From Spirochaetota bacterium (GTDB taxonomy: Bacteria; Spirochaetota; UBA4802; UBA5550): a stretch of DNA of 64,000 nucleotides. Shown here in pieces: positions 22,840 to 31,721 of this stretch; position 1 is the stretch's first letter, and every line of letters starts with the position of its first letter. Below the pieces are notes generated by a model that searched no databases, was not told where the DNA came from, and saw nothing but the letters and a program-made list of their open reading frames with translations. The stretch is taken from the NCBI GenBank assembly GCA_963664815.2, contig CAXXHB010000003.1, positions 64,001 through 128,000 on the forward strand, written 5' to 3'. The position numbers were made by a program, and so were the translations under genes.

Positions 22840-24138
22840 CTACTTTGTTCCCGGGATAAGTTCAAGAATTTCTTTTATAGGCATACAGACAGAATCCGCT
22901 TCCTTTGACCTCTCATTTTCCAGAATCATTTTTGCAGTGCTGAACATTGCCGGATAGGATGACCTCAGCATATGGTTGGCATATATAATAATATTGGCAC
23001 CCCATGAATGAAGTTCGGTTTCAGTGAACTGGTTATATGTGGTGGGTACAAGAACAATCGGAATTGAAGTGTAATCTTTTCTGAACCTTAAACAGAATTC
23101 TTTTATATCATTGCCGGACTTTTCCTTGCTGTGGATCATGATGCCGTCGGCTCCGGCATGTACATAGGCCGCCGCTCTTTCAAGAGCGTCATCAACAGTT
23201 TTTCCGGCTATCAGGCTTTCAAGCCTGGCAATAATCATAAAATCAGCAGTTACCTGAGCTTTTTTCCCCGCACTTATTTTCTCGCAGAATTCAGGGATTG
23301 AGGCGAGGTTCTGTTCAACATCCGTTCCGAAAAGTGAATTTTTTTTAAGCCCCACTTTGTCTTCGATTATAACTGCGGAGACTCCGTTGCGTTCAAGAGT
23401 ACGGACTGTAAAAACGAAGTGTTCGGGAATGCCCCCTGTATCACCGTCAAAAATAATAGGTTTTGTTGTACACTCAAGGATATTTGTCAGATCCTGTAAT
23501 CTTGTAGTAAGATCAACAGCCTCTATGTCAGGTTTCCCCTTGCTGGTTGAATCAGTTAAACTGGAAGACCACATGCCGTCATAATGATGTATCCCGTCCT
23601 CTTTTTCTATTTCAATATTTTCAACTATAAGTCCTGACAGGCCGGAGTGTGCTTCCATAATCCTTACAATCTTTTTTGCGTGAATAAGGCGGCGTAGTGC
23701 TTTGAGGCGTATATCAGGAGTGGTGCCTATCGATTTTTGTGCTTCATGAAGCATCGAAGAGGTAATCCCGTGAGTATAGGGAATTTCTATTACGTCACCG
23801 CCGATCTGTTTCATGACTTCAAGAACGTCATCGCGTACCCTGCTTAACGGGCCGCTTTTCCAGTCGTCTCCGTGAATGATTGCATCCGGCCTGTATTTCA
23901 GAAGATTAGGGACATAACTCCATTCCTCCTGAGGTACAATAGTATCCACCCCTTTAATGTTTTCAACAACCGTTTTACGCTGTTCATATGTGAGGAAGGG
24001 GAGGCGCTTGTGTGAAGCTATTGCTGAATCAGTTAACAGGCCCGCCATTACCTTTCCGTGTTTTGACGCTTCATTGATAATATTGATTATTCCGGGGTGG
24101 ATGATATCGCCGGTTAAACCAAGATATATGGTTTTCAT
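22840..24138 (-). CDS. aepX: Phosphoenolpyruvate mutase with N-terminal cytidylyltransferase-like domain
   Basis: Diagnostic EDKxxxxxNS motif (EDKVGLKKNS), EAHSGLS, DGDTGG, YANHMLR; N-terminal CTP_transf-like domain (HGDDW, PYTHGITSS). Confidence 0.97.
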   Translation of the reverse strand: MKTIYLGLTGDIIHPGIINIINEASKHGKVMAGLLTDSAIASHKRLPFLTYEQRKTVVENIKGVDTIVPQEEWSYVPNLLKYRPDAIIHGDDWKSGPLSRVRDDVLEVMKQIGGDVIEIPYTHGITSSMLHEAQKSIGTTPDIRLKALRRLIHAKKIVRIMEAHSGLSGLIVENIEIEKEDGIHHYDGMWSSSLTDSTSKGKPDIEAVDLTTRLQDLTNILECTTKPIIFDGDTGGIPEHFVFTVRTLERNGVSAVIIEDKVGLKKNSLFGTDVEQNLASIPEFCEKISAGKKAQVTADFMIIARLESLIAGKTVDDALERAAAYVHAGADGIMIHSKEKSGNDIKEFCLRFRKDYTSIPIVLVPTTYNQFTETELHSWGANIIIYANHMLRSSYPAMFSTAKMILENERSKEADSVCMPIKEILELIPGTK

Positions 24139-24503
24139 AGTTTCTCCTTTTTTATAATGCAGTAAGGTTGCTTTAATCCCATAAAATATGCCATATCCCT
24201 GTGAAGAATAAAAAATGCCGTGGCTGCCTGTTCCTGTTTAATGATTCAGAGTTCAATATAACAGATCGGTTCACGGTGTTTTCACTGAGACTGATATAAT
24301 CTATTTGATTAAATTGCAACAATAATGAATTATAACAATCACCATCAGGTAACAGGGGCAATTTATTATATCAGTCAATTAATTAAAAGTTTTTTTTAAA
24401 AAGTCTCTTTTTTTTAAGAAACGTTTCAGGTAAATTTAACCGCAGGGTTTTCTGTTAATAATGCAGAGTGCTAATATTATTGACAAAATTTAAACAGGGT
24501 TTT

Positions 24504-24551
24504 CTCTATCATAAAGAAGAGATTTTTTAAAATCACTTCTTTATGATAGAG
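24504..24551. promoter_or_regulatory. 48-bp near-perfect palindrome in the divergent aepX/yidC-like intergenic region
   Basis: CTCTATCATAAAGAAGaGATTTT-tt-AAAATCaCTTCTTTATGATAGAG: 23-bp arms with one mismatch, just downstream of TTGACA (24480-24485). Confidence 0.6.
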
Positions 24552-24608
24552 CCCCGGAGTTTAATGCAGAGAGCAGAGCACTGTAAGTATTATGCATGAG
24601 GTGTAAAT

Positions 24609-25295
24609 TTGAATATTTTATATATGATTTTTTTCTATCCTATTGAACTCCTGATGGAGTTCCTGATGAGTAATATTTTTTTGTTTGTCGGTTCATACGG
24701 TGTATCTTTGATTTTGACGAGCCTGTCTATAAATATAGTAATGATTCCGGTTTTCTGGTATGCGGAAAAACTTCAGCAGCGGGAACGCGACATTCAGGCG
24801 GCAATGAGACCGAAAATTCAGGAATACAAGAGCGTTTTTAAAGGGTATGAACTGCATCTGTATATAACCAACCTCCATAAGCAGCACAACTACCATCCGG
24901 TATATGCACTGAGGTCATTACTCGGCTTATTTATCCAGGTACCTTTTTTTGTTGCGACTTATAATTTTTTATCTCATTACAAGGCTGTAGAGGGAGTTTC
25001 TTTCCTGTTTTTCTTGGATCTTGGAAAACCGGATATGCTTCTTTCCATGTTCAGTTATAGTATAAATATATTGCCATTTATAATGACAGCCGTTAATCTT
25101 GTATCAAGTTTTGTCTATGGTAAAATGCTTACAAAAGCGGAAAGAATCAATATATATGTTATAGCTCTGTTTTTTCTTGTGCTGTTGTATAAATCTCCGT
25201 CCGGTCTGCTGCTCTACTGGACCTGTAATAATATTTTCAGTCTGTTTAAAAGTATAGTGTTTGTAAAGCAGCTTCAAAAAAAATCTGACGCATAA
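24609..25295 (+). CDS. Short YidC/Oxa1-family paralog (no periplasmic P1 domain)
   Basis: TTG start with GAGGTG RBS; YGVSLILTS..PV, MRPKIQ, LFIQVPFF, FLFFLDLGKPD, ILPFIM, PSGLLLYWTCNNIFS signatures. Confidence 0.88.
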   Translation: MNILYMIFFYPIELLMEFLMSNIFLFVGSYGVSLILTSLSINIVMIPVFWYAEKLQQRERDIQAAMRPKIQEYKSVFKGYELHLYITNLHKQHNYHPVYALRSLLGLFIQVPFFVATYNFLSHYKAVEGVSFLFFLDLGKPDMLLSMFSYSINILPFIMTAVNLVSSFVYGKMLTKAERINIYVIALFFLVLLYKSPSGLLLYWTCNNIFSLFKSIVFVKQLQKKSDA

Positions 25296-25311
25296 TGTAA
25301 CGGGGTTAAAT

Positions 25312-26604
25312 ATGTTAACAATTACAGCCGTTTTCTTTTTATATTTTCTGCTTGTCGGCGCTAATGCCTATGCCTACCTGGATCCCGGTTCAGGGAGTAT
25401 GCTTATTTCCGCTCTTGTTGCCATGGTGACAATTTTAATCTACATGGTAAAGAGTTTTATATATGACAAGGTGAAGGTTCTCGGGAAAAAAAGCGATCTG
25501 CCTGATCTGAAAAGAGAATACAATGTTGTGGTATACTCGGAAGGGGGGCAGTACTGGAATGTTTTTCTTCCTTTACTTCAGGAACTTGAATCAAGAGGTG
25601 AGTCTGCCGTATATTTTACCAGCAGGCAGGATGATCCCGGTCTGCAGCAGGAATTTGAACATATAGAAAAAAAATACATAGGTGAAGGAAATAATGCATT
25701 CTTTGTTCTGAACAAACTCAGGGCGAATTTTGTCATCATGACAACTCCCGGTCTTGGAGTACTCCAGATTAAAAGGAGCAGGGGGGTAAAACACTATTGC
25801 CATATAACACATTCCGCCGGCACCTGCTCAAGCTACAAGGCCTTTTCTCTCGATTATTTTGACAGCGTACTTGTCGGCGGTACTGCCGATAAAAATATTA
25901 TAGCCGAACTGGAAGAAAAAAGAAGAACCCCCAAAAAACAGGTTGAGATAATCGGCTGCAGCTATCTTGACGTGTTACGTACAAAACTTAAAAACGGCAG
26001 TTACAGTTACAATCTTTTCGCTGAAAAGAAACCTACAATTCTGATCTCTCCCACATGGGGAGAACATGGCCTGCTGAGCAAATACGGCAGAGATCTCTTG
26101 AAGACACTTTCAGAATGCAGAGATTTTAATATAATAGTAAGACCTCATCCGCAATCCTTTGTATCGGAAAAAAAACTGATGGATGAGTTATTAAGCAGTT
26201 ATCCGGACAGTGACAGCTTAAAGTGGGATTCTGAAAAGGATGGATTAAAGGCGATGTTCCATGCTGACCTGATGGTAAGTGATTTTTCAGGGATAATATA
26301 CGATTATCTTTTCCTCTTTGAACGCCCGGTGCTTACTTTCAAGGCGCAGTTTGAAAAACGTGGAAGAGAGGCCATGGACTTGAAGGATGACTCACCCGAT
26401 ATTAAGTTTCTTGATAAAATAGGCAGAACGCTTCAGGAAACGGATATATCTGATTTAATAACGATTATAAAAAAGAGTCTGTCTGACAGGAGTGCGCTGC
26501 CTGATGTAATTAAAGAGGCTAAGGAAGCGCTTACACAGTTTCCCGGCGAATCGGGTAAGCGTGCTGTTGATTTCATTCAGTCTGTATTGAACAGTAAAAA
26601 ATAA
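25312..26604 (+). CDS. CDP-glycerol glycerophosphotransferase (TagB/TagF)-family protein with N-terminal AYLDPGSG membrane segment
   Basis: HITHS, ILISPTWG, IVRPHPQ, ADLMVSDFSGIIYDYLFLFERPV motifs of the Glyphos_transf family. Confidence 0.87.
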   Translation: MLTITAVFFLYFLLVGANAYAYLDPGSGSMLISALVAMVTILIYMVKSFIYDKVKVLGKKSDLPDLKREYNVVVYSEGGQYWNVFLPLLQELESRGESAVYFTSRQDDPGLQQEFEHIEKKYIGEGNNAFFVLNKLRANFVIMTTPGLGVLQIKRSRGVKHYCHITHSAGTCSSYKAFSLDYFDSVLVGGTADKNIIAELEEKRRTPKKQVEIIGCSYLDVLRTKLKNGSYSYNLFAEKKPTILISPTWGEHGLLSKYGRDLLKTLSECRDFNIIVRPHPQSFVSEKKLMDELLSSYPDSDSLKWDSEKDGLKAMFHADLMVSDFSGIIYDYLFLFERPVLTFKAQFEKRGREAMDLKDDSPDIKFLDKIGRTLQETDISDLITIIKKSLSDRSALPDVIKEAKEALTQFPGESGKRAVDFIQSVLNSKK

Positions 26605-26617
26605 TAAGGCAGCAGTT

Positions 26618-28411
26618 ATGATAAACAGAAATCCGCTTTTCATTAAAATTGATATGAGTATAAAAAGATTTATGCAGAGAGATTTAACAGTTTTTTTCAC
26701 GAACTCATTATTCTTTACAGGCCTGCTGTTAATCTATTCACTTGGATGTTCTTATCTTCTTCCACAGGGGGTAAATGCACATTTTGCCTCAATTTTATTG
26801 ATAGTTCTTTCCGGGATTTTTCTGCTTTTTGTGCTGATTTTTTCAGGCTGGCGTTTTCTTACACGGAAAATGTCTTATGCATATAATAAAAAATACGAGC
26901 CGTTTAAGACAGCAGACTTTATTTTCATATTGATCCCGATGACACCGGTTATGCAGTATATTCTGTCAAACCAGGATTCTCTGACTATGTTCAGCTCGTC
27001 TTTAATCTTTATAATCTTTGGAGTAACTATTGCCATATTCGGTATTGTTATTCCGGTACTGCTGTCACGTTTTGCTTTTAAAAAGGTGTTAATAACAGCA
27101 TCTGTCAGTTTTCTTTACATGATAATGAGTATGGCGTCTCTTGCGGCAGCCAATGGGTGGAGCGGGAAGGGAATAATCAGTATTCAAATTGTGATCCTCC
27201 TGATCGTTATTCTTGTTTTATCGTTACTGAGATTTATTCCTGAAAAAATTATTATAATTGCCATTGTTGTCTTTTTTACTGTAAACACAGTTACCGGAGT
27301 TTTATTTAAAAAATCAGAAGGTGGAGAGTCTGAAACGGTTAAGAATTTTTCTGTAATGTCTGCTCTTGAAGGGAAGAGGGTTAAAAAGCATAATGATGTT
27401 CTGCTGATAGTATATGAATCTTATCCCAATTATGAAACCTTAAAGCATTACGGTTTTGAAAACAGTGAACAGCTTGCATTTCTGGAATCAAATGGTTTCC
27501 GTATTTATAATGGAGTATATTCTCTCGGGATACCCACAGAACAGTCCATGTCGAGAGTTTTTAATGTCGAGCTGGATCTGAAAGAACATAAAAAGTACCT
27601 GGCAGGGGGTGGGGCTGTTCACAGTATTCTCAGAGGACAGGGATATAAAACATATGGTGTTTTTGACAACAGCTGGAATTTAAGAGGGCTCCCCATTGAC
27701 CAGATTAAATATGATAACTGTTTTCCAAGACCTTCCGGCGTTATGGATAGTAAGGTGCTTGTGAATGCAATATTTACAGGAGAGTTCAGCGATGCCGTGA
27801 GTTTTGAAGGGGTGGATTACAACTCATATATAGATCACAAGCATAAAGTAATTAAAAAGGAATATCCCTGCCCGGTTTTTATGTACTCACACAGCAGTTT
27901 TCCCGGTCATGGTCCCAGCGGTATGGGGATGAGACTTGAAGAGAGGGAGGGGAAGATAGCCGGACATCTTGAAGGCATCCAAAAAGCGAACGTTGAGATG
28001 AAACAGGATGTGGATGTAATAATAAAAAGTAATCCCGACGCTATTGTTGTTATAGCAGGGGATCATGGACCGTTTCTGACAAAAACAGGTTATGGTTTAA
28101 GCAAGGGACGGGGAGGTTTCAGCGCAGAGGATATCGACAGATATGATATCCAGGACAGGTTCGGGTCATTCCTTGCAATAAGATGGCCTGAAAAAAAATA
28201 TGCGGAAAAGTATGATATTAAGGTCTTTCAGGATATATTTCCGGCAATTTTTTCATACCTCTATGATGATGATTCGATATTTAATAAAATCAGGATTGAG
28301 AGAGTAACGAGAGAAATCAAGCGGATACTGGGTGTTTATGTAAAAGACGGGGTCATATATGGAGGTAAAGACAACGGGCAGAAACTCTTTTTAATGGAAC
28401 AGAAAAAATAA
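26618..28411 (+). CDS. Membrane-anchored alkaline-phosphatase-superfamily (LtaS/EptA-like) transferase/hydrolase
   Basis: About 7 N-terminal TM helices, then LLIVYESY (metal Glu), GIPTEQSM (Thr nucleophile position), SHSSFPGH and IAGDHG metal ligands. Confidence 0.8.
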   Translation: MINRNPLFIKIDMSIKRFMQRDLTVFFTNSLFFTGLLLIYSLGCSYLLPQGVNAHFASILLIVLSGIFLLFVLIFSGWRFLTRKMSYAYNKKYEPFKTADFIFILIPMTPVMQYILSNQDSLTMFSSSLIFIIFGVTIAIFGIVIPVLLSRFAFKKVLITASVSFLYMIMSMASLAAANGWSGKGIISIQIVILLIVILVLSLLRFIPEKIIIIAIVVFFTVNTVTGVLFKKSEGGESETVKNFSVMSALEGKRVKKHNDVLLIVYESYPNYETLKHYGFENSEQLAFLESNGFRIYNGVYSLGIPTEQSMSRVFNVELDLKEHKKYLAGGGAVHSILRGQGYKTYGVFDNSWNLRGLPIDQIKYDNCFPRPSGVMDSKVLVNAIFTGEFSDAVSFEGVDYNSYIDHKHKVIKKEYPCPVFMYSHSSFPGHGPSGMGMRLEEREGKIAGHLEGIQKANVEMKQDVDVIIKSNPDAIVVIAGDHGPFLTKTGYGLSKGRGGFSAEDIDRYDIQDRFGSFLAIRWPEKKYAEKYDIKVFQDIFPAIFSYLYDDDSIFNKIRIERVTREIKRILGVYVKDGVIYGGKDNGQKLFLMEQKK

Positions 28412-28718
28412 AAGTTCAGACGAATGCCTGGTCATTACATCCGGTTTACAGAAAACTTTCCCGCAGAAAAGAGGAACAGTAAACTTCACGATCTTTCAGG
28501 TAATATTTTTTCAGGTTGTATTATGCAGTGTTATATCACACCGGTTTTAATACCTCAAAAATAAAAATATTCTCCATTATTATTAATTCACTTAAAGATA
28601 TACTTGATTTTTCGGTAATATAGGGCGATAATCATACTGAATATCCGGATTTATCGTTTAATGACTCTGATTTATTCCCGGTATCATAAACATAATCCGG
28701 CTAAATGGAAGGGGGAAT

Positions 28719-29555
28719 ATGAAACGCATTATTACATTTGCGGTTATGATCGCTGCAGCTTTTACTCTCGCTTTTACTCTCTATGGGGAAACCCAGCCTG
28801 AACTTATGGTCTTTACAAGGCCCGCCTGCGGGAGGTGTACTTATACTGTCGATTTCCTTAAAAAAAATAATATTAAATATACTGAATATTCAACATCGGA
28901 AACTGAAAACAGAACAAAGATGTGGGAAATCGTCCGCGCATCGGGGAAATATAAAAACGGTTCAATAAGCATGCCTGTTGTTGTTATAAAAGGGGAGGTA
29001 TTTATTAATATCCCTGACATGCAGGAGTTTACAGGATCAATCGCTTCGTTGATTGCCGGCAGGAGTACCCCGGTTATCGAAGGAGAAAATAAAACGGATT
29101 CTTCCGATCCATTTATTAATAGCATAAGAGAAAGGCATAACTATTACAGGAAAAACCATAATACTCCCGGTTTAAAATGGAATCCTGTCATTCAGCAGTA
29201 TGCGCAGGCATGGGCGGATAAACTTGCAGCTGAAGACAGAATGTATCACCGTCAACCGAATAAATATGGTGAAAATATATACTGGATCTCCGGCGGGGAG
29301 GTGGATGGCAGCTCTGTTGTTGACAGCTGGTATTCCGAAATAAAGTATTATAACTATAAAAACCCGGGTTTCGGAATGTCCACCGGACATTTTACCCAGG
29401 TAGTATGGAGCGGGTCAACCGAACTGGGATGCGGCAAATCCAGGTCAAAAAGGGGCGGAACATATGTGGTATGCAACTATAATCCTCCGGGGAATTATAT
29501 GGGGATGTTTGATAAAAATGTATTACCAGTAAGCGATAAGAGAAGTGGTAATTGA
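28719..29555 (+). CDS. Secreted glutaredoxin-like domain + CAP (SCP/PR-1/GAPR-1-like) domain protein
   Basis: Signal peptide; FTRPACGRC and SMPVVVIKG (Grx fold); HNYYRKNH, YGENI, GHFTQVVW, YVVCNYNPPGN (CAP signatures). Confidence 0.88.
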   Translation: MKRIITFAVMIAAAFTLAFTLYGETQPELMVFTRPACGRCTYTVDFLKKNNIKYTEYSTSETENRTKMWEIVRASGKYKNGSISMPVVVIKGEVFINIPDMQEFTGSIASLIAGRSTPVIEGENKTDSSDPFINSIRERHNYYRKNHNTPGLKWNPVIQQYAQAWADKLAAEDRMYHRQPNKYGENIYWISGGEVDGSSVVDSWYSEIKYYNYKNPGFGMSTGHFTQVVWSGSTELGCGKSRSKRGGTYVVCNYNPPGNYMGMFDKNVLPVSDKRSGN

Positions 29556-29600
29556 AAATTACCTGTCATGTAAAAACAGCATAATTTATGAAAAAGGAGA

Positions 29601-30425
29601 ATGTATATAATGAAAATTAACAGGCTAAAGGAGTGTATCGTTTATTTTGCTTCTTTATGTATTTTATCTGTGGTAATTACCGGATGTACATCGGCAAAAC
29701 TTATTGAGTATTCATCAACTGCCGGTCAGGAACAGAAGGCATCCCTGATACGCACTGAAATGCTTATTATACATGGTGATGATGAAAAGATAAAGAGAAA
29801 TTATTTTGTTGTTTCTGCTGTTGATTATCCGCAGGATAATAAAAAAAATTATTATTTGATAATAGTTCCATCATTAGGGACAAACTCATATCCGAAGGTT
29901 GATGATCTGTTACTTAGCTATAATTATCCTTTTATAATTCAGGGGGGCAATATAAGCGATCTTATATCGAACCTTGAAAAAATCAGCGCTGAATGGGACA
30001 GCGCCGATATGAAATATTCGGGTGCAGTTTATAACTTTTTTCTCACTTCACCGCAGAGTTCTCATCCGATGTTTATAGATAACAGAACATTTGAAATAAC
30101 ACCGTTTATAAAGTTTAACTACAGCAAAACCGAAAACGGAGCCATGGCGAAACTTTCGCTTGGTAACCGTATGGAAGAAATTATTAATTCCACTGTTGAT
30201 GGAAAAACTGTTAAAACCAGGCTATTCATTCAGGATGATGAACAGAACTGGATATTCGAAAAGTCTGACCAGATGAAGGATTTTCTGAATATTCTTAAAA
30301 AAGGACTTATGGATCTTAAAGTAAAAGGTATGGATGGTTTTTCAAAAAAAGCTGAAGGCCTGACAGATACAAAACCTGCCGAAGAAAAGATTCAGAAAAA
30401 GGTACAAAAAAGAAGGAAAAAGTAG
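29601..30425 (+). CDS. Hypothetical lipoprotein
   Basis: AAGGAG RBS, lipobox VITG-C, long ORF. Confidence 0.75.
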   Translation: MYIMKINRLKECIVYFASLCILSVVITGCTSAKLIEYSSTAGQEQKASLIRTEMLIIHGDDEKIKRNYFVVSAVDYPQDNKKNYYLIIVPSLGTNSYPKVDDLLLSYNYPFIIQGGNISDLISNLEKISAEWDSADMKYSGAVYNFFLTSPQSSHPMFIDNRTFEITPFIKFNYSKTENGAMAKLSLGNRMEEIINSTVDGKTVKTRLFIQDDEQNWIFEKSDQMKDFLNILKKGLMDLKVKGMDGFSKKAEGLTDTKPAEEKIQKKVQKRRKK

Positions 30426-30681
30426 AATTTTATGTTATAAAAATTAAGGAATATTTATTGATTTCATATAGTAAATTCTGCAGGATTATCAATGAAATAT
30501 GATTATCCTGCAGGAAAATTTAATTGCATTCCGGTTCTTTAATCCGGGGTTTCATGTTCCGGATTAAAGTACAGCTCGTATGATAATTATTTTGTTGATT
30601 TGATAACGACGCTCACCTGTAGTAATATACGGTTCAGCTATCAGGTATGGAAACCGTAATTTGAAATGTAGGGATTTGATA

Positions 30682-31608
30682 ATGAGCGTAATTTTTTTCT
30701 CTGTAATGAAACTGTTTATTATGCTTTTTGCAGGATTCACTGCCCGAAAGCTGGATGTTATCGATCAGCAAAGTACAAAAGGACTATCTTCACTTCTGAT
30801 AAAGGTAACACTCCCCGCGCTTATATTTACATCCATGCAGAAAGAATTCTCCCCGGAACTTCTCAGAGAGAGTTTCCTGATTACCGCCTTATCATTTGGA
30901 GTGTACGGCCTGTACTTTCTGATTGCCATGGTAACAGGGAGAGTGCTTGGCGGAGATAAAAAGGATACGGGTGTATATCAATTCTCAATACTTTTTTCAA
31001 ATGTAGGTTTTATGGGATTTCCTGTATTGGGCAGCGTATTCGGCGGCGAGTCAATCTTTTACGCGGCAATGTTTAATATTCCGTTTCACTTTTTTGTTTT
31101 CACGCTTGGAGTATTTCTTATGACCCGGGGACACTCGGAAGATGCAAGGTTTGACTGGAAACTGTTTCTTAGCCCCGGAATAATTGCTACAGCGGCAGGG
31201 TTTATTTTCTTCGTCTTCAGTCTTAAACTTTCTGTTATAATATATGATCCGATAAAATCAGTCGGTGATATTACTATTCCTCTTTCAATGATTACCGTAG
31301 GTTCAATGCTGACAGAAGTTCATTATAGTGAACTGCTCGCAGGATGGCGGGTATATCTTATATGCTTCATGCGCCTGGCAGTTTTACCCGCTGTGGTTTT
31401 TATCTTCGTGACGCTGTTTACTGATAACCCTGTGATGATTTGTGTACCTGTTGTTATAGCGGCTATGCCTGTTGCAGTTAATGCACCGCTTATAGCGCAC
31501 GAATATAACGGCAATGCCATTCTTGCATCAAGGCTTATGTTTATATCGACATTTCTTTCTTTGTTTACGCTCCCGGTTGTATTAATGGTTCTGAAAGCGT
31601 TAATTTAA
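30682..31608 (+). CDS. AEC (auxin efflux carrier) family transporter
   Basis: VTLPALIF, FSNVGFMGFP, PLSMITVG, AAMPVA motifs; about 10 TM helices; ATG at 30682 preferred over TTG at 30661. Confidence 0.93.
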   Translation: MSVIFFSVMKLFIMLFAGFTARKLDVIDQQSTKGLSSLLIKVTLPALIFTSMQKEFSPELLRESFLITALSFGVYGLYFLIAMVTGRVLGGDKKDTGVYQFSILFSNVGFMGFPVLGSVFGGESIFYAAMFNIPFHFFVFTLGVFLMTRGHSEDARFDWKLFLSPGIIATAAGFIFFVFSLKLSVIIYDPIKSVGDITIPLSMITVGSMLTEVHYSELLAGWRVYLICFMRLAVLPAVVFIFVTLFTDNPVMICVPVVIAAMPVAVNAPLIAHEYNGNAILASRLMFISTFLSLFTLPVVLMVLKALI

Positions 31609-31721
31609 CTCTTTGTAAAGGGTTATCCGGAAACATTTTTTATAAAGAGATAAATTCTATCTTGACTAAATTTCAGGATGAAACCTGATCTTTCTTATAA
31701 AACTAAATTTAAAGGTAACGT

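Noticed and set aside
24173-24361. 62-aa ORF upstream of aepX
   Set aside because: Non-ATG start, no RBS or motif; it lies in the divergent promoter region.
24466-24474. GAGTGCTAA (CIRCE right half-site)
   Set aside because: There is no TTAGCACTC left arm 9 nt upstream, and it is not in front of a chaperone gene.
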